A model generated the notes under the pieces. It made no database searches and was not told the DNA's origin. It saw only the letters and a list, made by a program, of their open reading frames with translations. Both the position numbers and the translations under genes were made by a program. 64,000 bases of DNA from Eledone cirrhosa. Its lineage: Eukaryota. How positions within the stretch are numbered: the stretch's first letter is position 1; each line of letters opens with the position of its first letter. Of the stretch, positions 36,400 to 49,100 are shown in pieces. The DNA lies in the NCBI GenBank assembly GCA_964016885.1, contig OZ024742.1, positions 252,712,001-252,776,000 of the forward strand. Direction: 5' to 3'.

Positions 36400-37925
36400 G
36401 AGAGCATACCCCCTGTAGATCCAAATGAGGGACTAGCCATAAAAGTTGATAGCACTGAGATAGTGAAATGCCTAATTGATCAAGTAATACAGGATGATGT
36501 CATACCCAATGACTGGAATAGCAGTTTCATTGTAAACTGCTATAAGAGTAAAGGAGACACACTAGAGAAATGTAACTATAGAGGCATCAAGTTGATGGAA
36601 AAGGTCATGAAAGTTGCTGAAAGTGTTATAGCTCAACTAATTAGGATAGAATCAAGTTAGATGAGATGCAGTTTGGGTTTATGCTAGGTAGGGGCACTAC
36701 TGGTACTCTCTTTCTGGTGAAACAACTGCAGAGGAGATACTTGGAAATGAAGAAGTCACTATCTGGCATTTGAGGATGTAGAGAAGGCCTTTGAGAGGAT
36801 CCCCCACTCTGTAATCCTGTGGGAACTAAGGAATCTAAATTTTGATGAATGGCTTGTGAGGGTGGTGTAAACCATACATAAAGGTGCAACCAGCAAGGCG
36901 AGAATTGGCAGTGATTATAGCGAGGAATTTAAAGTGTAGTGTGGAGGACCACCAGGGCTTAGTCCTTATTCCTCAGTTCACTTCTATTTATCATTGTCCT
37001 TCAGGCCATCACTGAGGAGTTTAAAACTGGCACTCAATTGGAACTCCTGTACACTGATGACCTAGTCTTTAAAGCTGAATCCATAGGAGAGTTAAAGGTA
37101 AAATTTTAAGCATGAGGAAAAAAACCTTGAAAGGCCTAAAAATAAACTTAGCCAAAATGAAAGTCCTAAGTAGGAAAAAGGACAGAGTTCTAATAGTATC
37201 TGATATGTCAGAATAGGGTGGGCAGGAACTCCATAAGGTGCACACAGTGTAATCTATGGATGCAGAAGAGATGTTGGATTGCAGACAGGTTAATGGAAAA
37301 GATTAACTTTGTACGCAGCAGATGCACAGGAGACATAAGCACTAACAGCAGCACATGTGAAATGGACTCCCTTCGTTGTAAACAGCTCCCTAGAAATTGA
37401 AAACAGCTTTTGTTACCTAGGTAACCTCATGAAGGATGCTCTGAAAATGTGATAACCAGGATAAGAACAGACTGGAAAAAGGTTACAGAGCTGGTGCCTC
37501 TACTGACAACAAAATGTTTCTCTCTCAGAGCGAAGAATAGATTGCATGTTAGCTGTGTGTGAAATGCAGTGCTATGTGGCAGTGAGACATGGGCCTTGAG
37601 TGCACAAGAACTGCAAAAGCTAGAAATAAATAAAGCAAGTATGCTCTGATGGATGTCTAATGTTCATAATGATGCAATATTAGTGTTCATAAGTGAGCTG
37701 AGAGAAAATTTTGGCATAAGCGTAACTGGATGTGCAAGAGACTGTACTGGTATAGATATGTGATATGTATGGAAGTTGACAGAAAAAGGCAGAGAAATCT
37801 CTGTGGCTAAAATTCATAGAAGAAGCAGACAGGAAGATATGAAATGAAGAAGTAAGGACTGACTTTAAGATGCTGAACCTCACAAGAGAAATAAAAGAAG
37901 GTTGCAATGATTGCTGGTGAAAGTG
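36400..37925 (+). mobile_element. RTE LINE, heavily decayed (related to 9888-12095)
   Basis: IPNDW..NYRGIKLM..QFGF, YTDDL, NSIRCTQCNLW..KRC, FCYLG. Confidence 0.85.
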
Positions 37926-39196
37926 TGACCTCACCTGATGAAAGACTACCGTCTAATATGCTGAAACATTCTTATCCTTTTCTATAATGCATGAAACTCA
38001 TAAGACTCTTTGTCATTGTTCATTGTGTTTGTCTTCCTTTTATCTTGAACTATATATATCAGCATCATCATCATCATCATCACCGTTTAACATCCATTTT
38101 TTCATGCTAGCATGGATTAGACGAGTTTTCCCATTGTGATATAGGCCAGGTCAGATGACCATGTCTTGTTCATACAGAACTGACTTTGGCTTGGTTTCTA
38201 CAAATGTACACTGTCTACTGGGTGATTTTTGTTGTGACACCTACACAACTACTTTACAGTGTGGACTGGGTGCTTTTTGTTGGGACACCTACACGATCAC
38301 TTTACAGTGTGGGCTGGATGCTTTTTGTCATGTCACCATCACAACCACTTTACAGTGTGTGCTGGGGACCCTGGTGGGGGAGATGTGCAGGGATTGGGGT
38401 GGTAGGCATAGGGGCTAATCACCATAATGACCACTTTACAGTTTGGGCTGGGGACTTTGGTGGGGGAAGTGGGTATAGAGACGTTTATGCTTTGCCATTC
38501 ACATATATTGCTATTACACATCCATCAAAGCATGCAAGCTTCATTTCTTTACAATCTTTGCAGGTCCTCTGCACACAGCGCTCAGACCTCCCTACCATGC
38601 AAAATTGCTGGTTGTATACACACATCATACTGTCTTCCCTTCATTTATATGCCCTTCATAGTTATATGCGTGAGTGTGTGTTTTCCTTTTTCTTCTCTCT
38701 CTCTTATCTCTGTTTCTGTCTTGTGATAGAAAAACTTACATCTGAAATGTTAAAACACTTTTGCAACTGTATCAAGTGTTAAACTAATACACCATTACTT
38801 TGTTGTATTATTTTTGGTTTATTTTTGTTGAAGCCTCTCTATCTTTCTTATCTCTGTTTCTCTCTCTCTATATATATGATATACATATATATTCTTATAT
38901 TAATTTATTTGTTTCAATCATTAGATTGTAGCCATGGTATCCATATTGCAGTGATATCTTGAAGGGATTTAGTCAATCATATCGACTCACAGCTTGTTTT
39001 CTTTTGACTGGTATTTATACATACATGCACATGTGCTTACAAATACATATATAATAGATATTTAATGGTTAGGCTAAAAAATCCCAGAAAAATAATTACA
39101 ATTGTAAACTTATAAAATAACTCTGAGTTCATTCTTTTTGCATTTTTGTTTTTCATTTGTCATTGTTGTTACTCATCTATTGTTTGATAGTTATAT

Positions 39197-39425
39197 TTAA
39201 CCCTTTAGCATTTAAACCAACCACATCCAACCAGAATTCTCTCACTTCTTTCTGTTCAAACTGGTCGTAACTGGCTGCACATAGTGATGTTAAGGTATTG
39301 TTCTTAAAATAAATAATATCAAAATCTCATAGATTCGATATTATGTGAGATAATTATGTGAGGTAATGCCTTTACTATGAAAATATAATAGTATATATAG
39401 AGTAATGTAAATGCTAAAGGGTTAA
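39197..39425. mobile_element. piggyBac-type MITE
   Basis: TTAA-CCCTTTAGCATTTA...TAAATGCTAAAGGG-TTAA terminal inverted repeats with TTAA TSD. Confidence 0.85.
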
Positions 39426-40080
39426 GTGCTCTGTAGAATATATGGTGCTAATTTATCTGGAAACTATGACTTGGACCAAAATCAGATATTGAGGGTGATT
39501 TTGGCCTGATGAAGTTTAACCTTTTAGTACCAGTAAAGTTGGTTGATTGTTAATTATAATTTATTACATTATTGTGTTTGAGGTGATTTGATTTTGGATT
39601 AGATTTATCTTTTGGTTATGAGCTTCAGGTTGTGTCGATTAGACATGAAATATTTAGCCAATGATTTTGCTTGTAGTTAACACTGTTTTTTTTATGTGAA
39701 AGGTTGTGTTTTTGTGACTGAGTCATTGTATTTATGTATGGGTTTTGGTTGGTCTGGATTTGTTGTATTAATTTATTTCCATTTTGATGTTTGGTGAGAC
39801 TATGAGGAAAAAAAAAATTAGCTATTTTATATTTTATTAAAATATTCATTTATCTATTCAAACAGAGAAACAATTGTTTTATGAAGTGTTGAGCAAATTT
39901 GAATTATGGAGGTATGTTAAATTATTGTAAGCCAATATGAGACTGTTCACATTTCTCTTTAGTGTTCAACTATTTTATATTTAAACCTACATTATAGCAG
40001 CTTACTATAACCTAATATACTTTCAAAATACAAATTTGCTGAACACTTTGTTTGTTTCCATTTCCTGGCTGAATGATAAG

Positions 40081-40292
40081 TTACATTACTCTATATATAC
40101 TATTGCATTTTTATGGTAAAGGCTTTACCTCACATAATTATCTCATAATATTGAATCTATGAGATTTTGATATTATTTATTTTGAGAACAATACCTTAAT
40201 GTTGGTATAACCAGCCGGTTATGGCCAGTTTTCACAGAAAGGGGTGAGAGAATTTTGACCGGATATGGCCGGTTTAAATGCTAAAGGGTTAA
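40081..40292. mobile_element. Inverted, one-ended copy of the same piggyBac-type MITE
   Basis: Reverse complement of 39197-39410. Confidence 0.8.
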
Positions 40293-40301
40293 AAATTGTA
40301 A

Positions 40302-40863
40302 GTCAGTTTCATTTTGGTTGTCATGGCAACTCAGCCAGTCAACATATGACAGGTAGGTAATTGGTCAATTTCATTTTGGTGTCATGGTAACACAGCCAGA
40401 CAACATATGGCAGGTAATTGGTCAGTTTCATTCTGGTGTCATGGCAACAGAGCTAGATGACATATGACAGGTAATTGGTTAGTTTCATTTTGATTGTCAT
40501 GACAACACAGCCAGATGACATATGATAGGTAATTGATCAGTTTCATTATGGTGTCATGGCAACACAACCAGAGGACATATGACAGGTAATTTGGTCAGTT
40601 TCATTTTGATTGTCATGGAAACACTGCCAGATGACATATGGCAGGTAATTGGTCAGTTTCATTTTGGTGTCATGGTAACACAGCCAGATGACATATGACA
40701 GGTAATTTGGTCAATTTTATTATGGTGTCATGGTAACACAGCCAGACAACATATGGCAGGTAATTGGTCAATTTCATTTTGGTGTCATGGTAACACAGCC
40801 AGATGACATATGACAGGTAATTGGTCAATTTTATTATGGTGTCATGGCAACATAGTCAGTCAA
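40302..40863. repeat. 57-58 bp minisatellite, nine full units and one partial
   Basis: Consensus GTCAGTTTCATTTTGGTGTCATGGYAACACAGCCAGATGACATATGACAGGTAATTG. Confidence 0.95.
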
Positions 40864-41207
40864 TAAATAGTAAGTGCAAGTTCTATTCCTACAGATCACT
40901 CTGGCTACATTTTGCCATCTCTAGGAGTTTATGTGCCCATGTCCAAATATTTTATAGTTGAATGTGCATTGTAGCAACTTACAATAAACTAACATACTTT
41001 CAAAATTTATTTATATATTCAGTATTAGCTAAACACTACCCCTATCTGAAAATGAAAACAACAATACAACACCTGGAACATTTCCAAACGGATTTCTTTT
41101 TGTAGTTTTAATCAAAACGAATTAAAATTCATAGAAATCAAACAGGGAAGACATTATATAAAATATTCTCTAGTTCACGCCACTCTTGCTAAACTAATTG
41201 TTTCTGA

Positions 41208-41209
<2 letters not shown>

Positions 41210-41243
<34 letters not shown>

Positions 41244-41293
41244 TATATATATTTATATATATATATATATATGCGTATATATATTTATATATA

Positions 41294-41347
<54 letters not shown>

Positions 41348-41383
41348 CATGTGTGTGTATGTATGTCAGTGTATGTCTGTCTG

Positions 41384-41421
<38 letters not shown>

Positions 41422-41530
41422 ATATATATAGATATATATATACAGATATATAAATATACATACATTCATAGCTGAACACATACCATACACACGCACACAC
41501 ACACAAGTACACATACATATATATAAAATT
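41210..41530. repeat. (TA)n/(TG)n microsatellite
   Basis: Dinucleotide runs. Confidence 0.9.
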
Positions 41531-42669
41531 TAAAGTGATATAAATCAATAAATGTTTGTATAGCTAGGCTGAATTTTCCATTAGAAAACTCCAGATTTCG
41601 CTGTCAAAACTGGTGAATATTAAAATATCATTTACACTTGACAATAACCAACATAATCTCCACCAAAAAAAAAGGAGGATATTTTATTTTCTTGCACGTG
41701 CAACAATACATTATGTAATTTTATTGCTAGTCGACCTCAAATATTTTATCCCATCTCATCCTCATTCTCTTCCTCATTCTATATTCTTCTCCCCTATCAA
41801 GAATGTTATCTATACAACATGATCTGAGTACATATGAATATTACAGTTACCAATATAATGCTGGGTATGTTTAAAATGTATATGACATTACTATATAGAA
41901 AATGAAAACAATGATAAACATCTTTAATCAATAGAGAGACGACTTTATTGTATACTTTATCTACTTAGCACACAACATAATATACATCTTAATTAACAAC
42001 CAGCATAAGCACTAATAATATGCAAATCTGTATGTCCATTTCAAGATATTACTGTAAGTGATAGGGTCTATAAGCCCCTCGATAATGTATTTCCTTCTGG
42101 TTATTTAGATGATATACACACCTTCTGATAATGGACCTAACAATCTCCGCAATTTTATTAGAAATGTTTATTAATTTTTTTTCAGTTTACTGGGAAATAC
42201 ATATATTTAGTATGCACAGAAGTTACTGCAAGAAGGAAATAAAAAAAGGCGATGTACAAGACAAGTTTACACACACACATCTTCACCCTCATCAGCTCTC
42301 AAACCAGCAAAATGGTTTTGAACAATTTAATTGAGAGTACCATTTTAAAAAGCTGGATCAGGAAACAGAAAAATAAATCTTTCTACTGGTATGGTGAGTG
42401 TGTGATAAAACAAACAGCACAGATAGAAGGATGAAAGAAAATAAATAAAATAAAATAATGGGATAGTGGACCTCAAGCTGTGGAGTCTGTCCTAAATAAA
42501 CTTGTCTTGTACATTGCCTTTCTTTATTTTCTTCATCCAGTCACTTCTGTGCACCAGCACACTTCTCCTCCTCCTCTTTCAATCTTTTCTATATTTCATC
42601 TGCCTGTCACCCACCTAGTGGATTGTCTCTCTCTCTTGACCACTGGCTGCTGTTCTCTGTTCTCTAGTG

Positions 42670-42950
42670 GGTTGGGGTGTATATTTGGTTAGGAGGAGCC
42701 TACTGACTGTAGGTTAACTTTGCACATAGGGAAGGCGGGTCTTCTGTATTACTGCCAAAGATCTCGATTCAGTGACATTGTCTTAGAGAGGTGTAAGTGT
42801 GCACGGTCGGATTTTATCATGTTGTCCCAGGTTTTTCTGGGTCTACCTACTCCGTAACTTCCATCAATTTTGATCGCCTTGCACTTTTTTATACAGCTTT
42901 CATGTGCATCACATGAAAGTAAACAGCATCTGATCCCTCTTATTCTATAC
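42670..42950 (-). mobile_element. RTE 3' end
   Basis: SCIKKCKAIKIDGSYGVGRPRKTW; copy of 18545-18870. Confidence 0.8.
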
Positions 42951-43578
42951 AATATATATATATATAAATATATATATTAGACCGGGTGATGTGTTGTTTC
43001 CTTGAGCAAGACACTTTATTTCACATTGCTCCAGTTTACTCAGCTGTAGAAATGAGATGATAGGACTGGGGTCCATATCATTCCACTGCAAAGAGGTTGT
43101 GGCGGTGCCACGGCAAAAAAGCACCCACCACTCACTGTAAATGAGGTTGGTATTAGGAAGGGCATCCAGCTGTAGAAATCAAGCCAGAATCAGTTCTCGT
43201 CCTACCCTTGCAAGCAAGGAAAAGTGGACGTAAAAGATGATGATGATGATGATGATATATATATATATATATATTGGATTGCCTTAAACGATACCTCATT
43301 TACTTAAATATATATGTATGTATGTGTGTATGTGTGTGTGTGTATGTATATGTACAATACAGAATGAACTGGGTGCATTTATCAAGTAGATCTCCAATAC
43401 TTGAGAGGTTGTCATGTCTTTGGCAAAACTGAAGATTCTTTTAGACATTTTTTGGCATAATTTCTACAGCTGGAAGCCCTTCCTAAATTCAAACACTTTA
43501 CAGAATATGCTAGGTGCATTTTATCATGACACCAGCTCAAGGGAGGTTGTTGGTCATAGACATAAATATATATACATA

Positions 43579-43902
43579 TATATCAAAGGTATATATTGAG
43601 TTAGAAACTCAAAATAGTCTCTTACAATAAAATAGCTCTAGGAAAGAGATTTTTCCGAGCCGTATATTATAATTGAATATAAAAGAAAAACAAACACAGA
43701 CATATACATATATGTGTTCAAATCGTAAGGGACCAGATTCGCTATAGTTAGTATTCTTTTCACCTTAGCGAATCTGGTCCCTTACGATTTGAACACATAT
43801 ATGTATATGTCTGTGTTTGTTTTTCTTTTATATTCAATTATAATATATGGCTTGGAAAAATCTCTTTCCTAGAGTTCCTAATCAATATATATCTTTGATA
43901 TA
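43579..43902. repeat. Long palindrome / foldback
   Basis: Arms 43636-43744 and 43766-43874 (two mismatches), 21-nt spacer, ~30-bp outer arms. Confidence 0.95.
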
Positions 43903-44054
43903 CACATATATATATATATCGTTATCATCATCATTATCATTTAATGTCCACTTTCCTTGTTAAAAGGGTTGGACGGGTCTTCACAGACTATGTTTGTACT
44001 CAAGCAGGGGGCCAATGACCTCCTGGATAGGCTGGGGTTTGCAACTTCGCAACA

Positions 44055-44450
44055 ATTCTTGTCAATAAGTATTTGTAAACAAATTTTGTCAACATGTATT
44101 TGTAAACAAGTGTTATAAACAGGTATTTGTAAACAAGTGTCATCTATTTATAATAGATTATAATATGCATTTGTAAACAATTTTTGTCAACATGTATTTG
44201 TAAACAAGTGTTATAAACAGGTATTTGTAAACAAGTGTCATCTATTTATAATAGATTATAATATGCATTTGTAAACAATTTTTTTCAAAATAGTTGTTTA
44301 TAAACAATTGTCATCAATGGGTATTTGTAAACAAGTATTGTCAGCATAAATTTGTAAACAAATTTTGTCAATAATTTTAAACAAATGTTGTCAATAAACA
44401 TTTGTAAGCATATGTCAACAGGTATTTGCAAACAATTGTTATCAATACAA
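44055..44450. repeat. AT-rich tandem repeat of ATTTGTAAACAA subunits with a 98-bp duplication
   Basis: 44071-44168 is repeated at 44169-44266. Confidence 0.85.
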
Positions 44451-44685
44451 CTTAAAATGAGAATTTTTAAGCTCAGAAAAGAATTCTTAAAATGTGTACT
44501 TATTTTTGCCCTGCATTTTCGTTTAGAATTTCTTGTGTTATTCACGAGAAGCTATTATATATATATATATATATATGTACCCCCCACCAGTAACATTAAA
44601 TATTGCAACAGTGATTCTACACACTTTTTCCCCCCTCTGTCCCTGTATGGCTGTCTATCTGCCTGTCTTTCTCTCTTTCTTTTTC

Positions 44686-44729
<44 letters not shown>

Positions 44730-44779
44730 TATGTGTGTATATTTATGTATATACATACTTCTATCTTTTTGTATGGGTT

Positions 44780-45307
44780 AAATAAATCTTCCTTGCATCA
44801 CACCTTTGGGATGCAAGTATTTCATGTAGTATGGTTATTGTTTATCAAGTTTCCCTATTTGAATAAATATATTTTTCGTTCCTGCAAACTTTACCTTGAA
44901 AGAAATATGGTCCAATATGACGGTTTAACATGCATTTAACCTCCTTCTCTTAATAGATTTAAGCTTAATGTAGATTCAAGCTCTTTAATCATTTCTATCC
45001 AAAATTCTTCCTCATTCTAGATTACTTTTTTCTTGACTAACTCTATTATATCTAACAATTTATATCCCTTGGTGACAAATGTTGTAACTTCTTTATTTAG
45101 TAATTCCATCCCATTCCTTTCTGCTAAGCCCCACTGACCCTTATTTTCATTATCAATATCTAATGTATTTTAATCCTAAATTACATAGCAATGTCTTTAG
45201 TAGAGACAAGAGGTTGCTCCAAATTGTCTATTCGATTTTTGTTCTTTGTAAACAGCTACAATTTATACACAGAAATTATTGGTTTTGTGTCTCATCAGTA
45301 GTGTTTA
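44780..45307 (-). mobile_element. Old PLE remnant: degenerate hammerhead followed by N-terminal ORF remnant
   Basis: Reverse complement TAAACA CTA CTGATGA GACACA..TGTGT ATAAATTGTA GC TGTTTA, then LLNKEVTTFVTKGYKL-like sequence. Confidence 0.4.
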
Positions 45308-46136
45308 ATATAAACAATGATGTATAATGCTAAAATGAAGGGGATGAACTAACAGCCTAGAAAATTCTGTTATTAATCTTTGTACACTCACACTTTTACC
45401 AGAATAGGTTACTTTTTTTCTCTTGAGACTCATAACGTTTTATCATTAGTCCTTTCGTTTTGTATGTATGTGCTATGCCTATCTTTCTGTGTGTTTTTAA
45501 ACTGCTGGAATGAAAGACCATATCACAACGATTTTATATTCAATCTATTCAACTGCATCATTTATCATTTGGGTAACCAATGAAGGTGCTTGATTTATTG
45601 GTTACGTTATTCAGCTCATGTGAGTTCAAATCCTGGTAGTACATTTTGTCCTCCAGTTCATACAACTGGAAAAAAGTAGTAGTACTTGTGATTCAAATAG
45701 CCAACCTTGTCACACACCATGTCATGCTGAATCGCCCATAGAATTATGTTAGGGGTATAAATGCCTGTAGAATACTCAGCCACTCTGGTAAAAAAACTGA
45801 AACACTTATCATAACCAAAAGAGGTTTAACAAACACATATTTAGTGGAGGGTGAGCGAAGTTGTGGTATTCTCTAAGTTTGGCTTTCATCCTTTGGTAGT
45901 CAAATAAATTGCTTTCCATGTACCTAAATTAGAAACCATTACTATTTTTGATAGGTAGAATGATTAGACTGTCAAATAAAAGGCTTTATGGCATGTAGTT
46001 ATGGCCTTTTACATTCTGAGTTCAATCCCTAGTTCCAGTACTGGAGTACTGAAATTTCACTGACTTCCTCCTTCTCTCACAATTGCTGGCCATCTTCTTA
46101 AATTAGAACCTCCTCTTCCCCTCCTCCTCCTCTTCC

Positions 46137-46137
<1 letters not shown>

Positions 46138-46193
<56 letters not shown>

Positions 46194-49100
46194 TTTCTTT
46201 ATTAACCACAAGGGTTTACATAAAGTAGACATTAAAGACAGTGCAGGACAATACAGGACGGTACAAAGGGCATTTCTGCGTGTAAAAAACAAAAACAGAG
46301 GATGTAACAAAAAATAACAATGAAAAATTCCCCAATAGGGGGAGACTTCGGAGGGACATTTGTGGAGAAAGCCCAGTAAAAGGCCACAATGACCCTGACC
46401 ACCAAGGCAAGTGCCCTCTCACAGTTTTCCACCTTTAATTTACAGATATATACTCAGAGTAGGCCCATTCACTCGGGCCATTCTTGCTTCTCTCACCCAT
46501 CTTTCAACAAAATGCTGGGAAGAGAGCACTTCCCTCTCTACTCTGATTTTCCTTTTCAAATGAAATTTGAAAAAGTCAATCAGAGCTGGGGAAAAGCGCG
46601 TCTGGCAAACAGCGACCACACCTGTTCACAGTCAAGGAAGCACCAGAGATGTCGCAGCCTCAGCGCATGTTTGCCAGTGGCATGACAAGTCTTCCATGCA
46701 GCGGGTGTTGACAGCAAATGGATCGGCTGACCATCGGAGCACATCCCTTCCACAAAAAGTGGAAGAGAAGGCACTCCATTTTGGTCGGAGTTGGGCGGAA
46801 GCAAGGTACGACGGTCAGGCAGTAGCAGATGATGGACGCTTTGTACGCATTCGCCACCTCTGCCCGACCTTTCAAAGACAGCCCATTTCTGGGTGAGAGA
46901 GGCCACCCTGCCCGTCACCTCACTCCAGGTTTTCTCCATGTGGAGGTCTGGACCGAACCAGACCCCGAGCAATTTAACCGGCCCTTCTGTCCAGCGCCCC
47001 ACGACGCTGTCGGATGGCATGGACTTGCCTCTTTAGGTGCCAAGCTGCAAGCCCACCGACTTTTCCTGGTTTATCTTTGCTCCTGTCACTGCCTTGTATT
47101 CCTTGAGAGCGGTGCCAAGCATCTGGACGTGTTTGGTGCTTGATACCATCATGGTGACGTCGTCGGCGTAAGCTGAGATGGATCTCCTGCATCCCAGTTT
47201 GTGTGGGACCCCCTTCATCGTCTCCAATATGTGCAGTAACGGTTCGAGGGCCAATACGTACAAGAGGGACGAGACGGGACAACCCTGGCGGACCGAGCGC
47301 ATGATGCCGAACAGCTGCGACAGGTGACCATTCACCTTCACGATTGAGCAGATGTTGATGGGCATCGCAGCGATCAAGCCCCTAAAAACGGGGCCGAAGC
47401 CGGCCGCCTCGAGGTTCGCAGCCAGGTACCGATGGTCGACCCTATCAAATGCTTTAGATTGATCCGAGTTGATCAGGGCCCCACCCATGCCAGGGTCCTT
47501 AACCACCCGCTCTATGATGTATCGCATGAGATGGAGGTTGTCGTGGATGGATCTGTCCGGAGTGGCACATGTCTGCTCCTCTCCCACCAGATCACCGACA
47601 ACAAGTGCCAATCTCTTTGCTAACACCTTGGCCAAAATCTTAAACTCTGCGTTTAGCAGTGTTATGGGCCTGAAGTTGTCTACAACTTCCCCCTTGTTTG
47701 GGTCTTTTCTCAGCAGCGCCACCGCTCCCCGGCTCACAAAACTGGGAATGTTCCTGTTCTGCTGCCAGTTGCAGTAGAGAGGTCGCCGAACAAGTCTAGC
47801 ATATACGCATAAAGCTCGTAGGGCAGACCATCCACACCTGGTGATTTACCCCTCGTGCATTCAGACATCGCTTCCCGTATTTTACCTGCTGTTATCGGCT
47901 TTTCACAGCACTGTGCTGTGGACGTCGAGAACCGCGGCAGTCCGTCGAGGTATGCACCAAAGTTCATACTCCGATCCGACCCGCCGCCGCTCCTGAACAA
48001 TTGAGCAAAGTGCTGTTGAAAAGCCGCACACATCTGCTCGGGTCAGAGCAACATACGCCCGTTTTGATCAGGCAAAGACCAAATTGTGGACTTGTTGCCT
48101 CACGTCACACCTCCACCACCTGGGCCCATTGAACAACTTTTGTCCCCTCGTGTCTTAGAGCACGCGCTCTAGCTTTGACAACGCAGCCGTCATGCTTTAC
48201 GTTGAGGAATTGGTCGAGTACCAGTCTCGCGGCAAGCACGTCGGTTGCGATGCCTGTCCTAAACGCCTCTTCTAGTTTTCAAACTAACTCTGACTCTATC
48301 CTATTTTCCTTTATCACTACTCCTTTGCTAAACCTTATCGATTCTACTCTAATAGCCCTTTTCAGGGTAAACCACCACCTGTTGTTGACGATTGCACCCG
48401 TCAACGTACGCTTAACTAATTCGCTAATCCGGTCTCTGTAAGCTTTGCGCGCCGGGAACGACGCATTCAGCTTCCAGAAACTGGGCCCTTGCCTATGGCG
48501 TCTATCTAAGTCAACTTCACAGATCACAAATTTGTAGTCCGTGTAGTCGACTGCTTTAAATTATGGACAGCCTACACTAGCCTTATCTGTTTCCCTACAG
48601 AATACTCTATCTAAATACGATCTGGATGACCCGAAGATTGACACATTCGGATAATTCAGTCTATACCTTTCAGACAGTTCAAAACGTCTGAGCAGGTTGT
48701 TGAGGCTTTTACACCCCCTCCCCTGTCTATTAGCTTCACATAATCCCAGCGTGCATCTAAGATACCATTCCAGTCGCCCACTAACTCTAAATAGCGGGAC
48801 GTTCCAAGAAAGATCTGGACGTCTGATGAAATCTGACCGTCTAGCCCCTGTTGGGGCGTAGACGGCTACTAGCCTGAAAGCATTGCCTTCGCTGCCGGTC
48901 ATGTCCAGCACCACCGACTTACCTTCTGAGTCCAGGAAGATGGCCCATATGGCGAGATCCAAGCCTCTCCGAAAAAGCACAGCAACTCTTCCCCCGATCC
49001 TGGACGGCTGGGAGATGCGTATACATCGTAGCCGCCGAAGATCGGTGCGAAGGCTCGTGCTTCGGAGATTCTAGTGAATATGTTTAGTGACCTGAGGTTG

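Noticed and set aside
40302-40863. CRISPR-like periodicity
   Set aside because: Whole units repeat with no unique spacers, there are no cas genes, and the context is eukaryotic.
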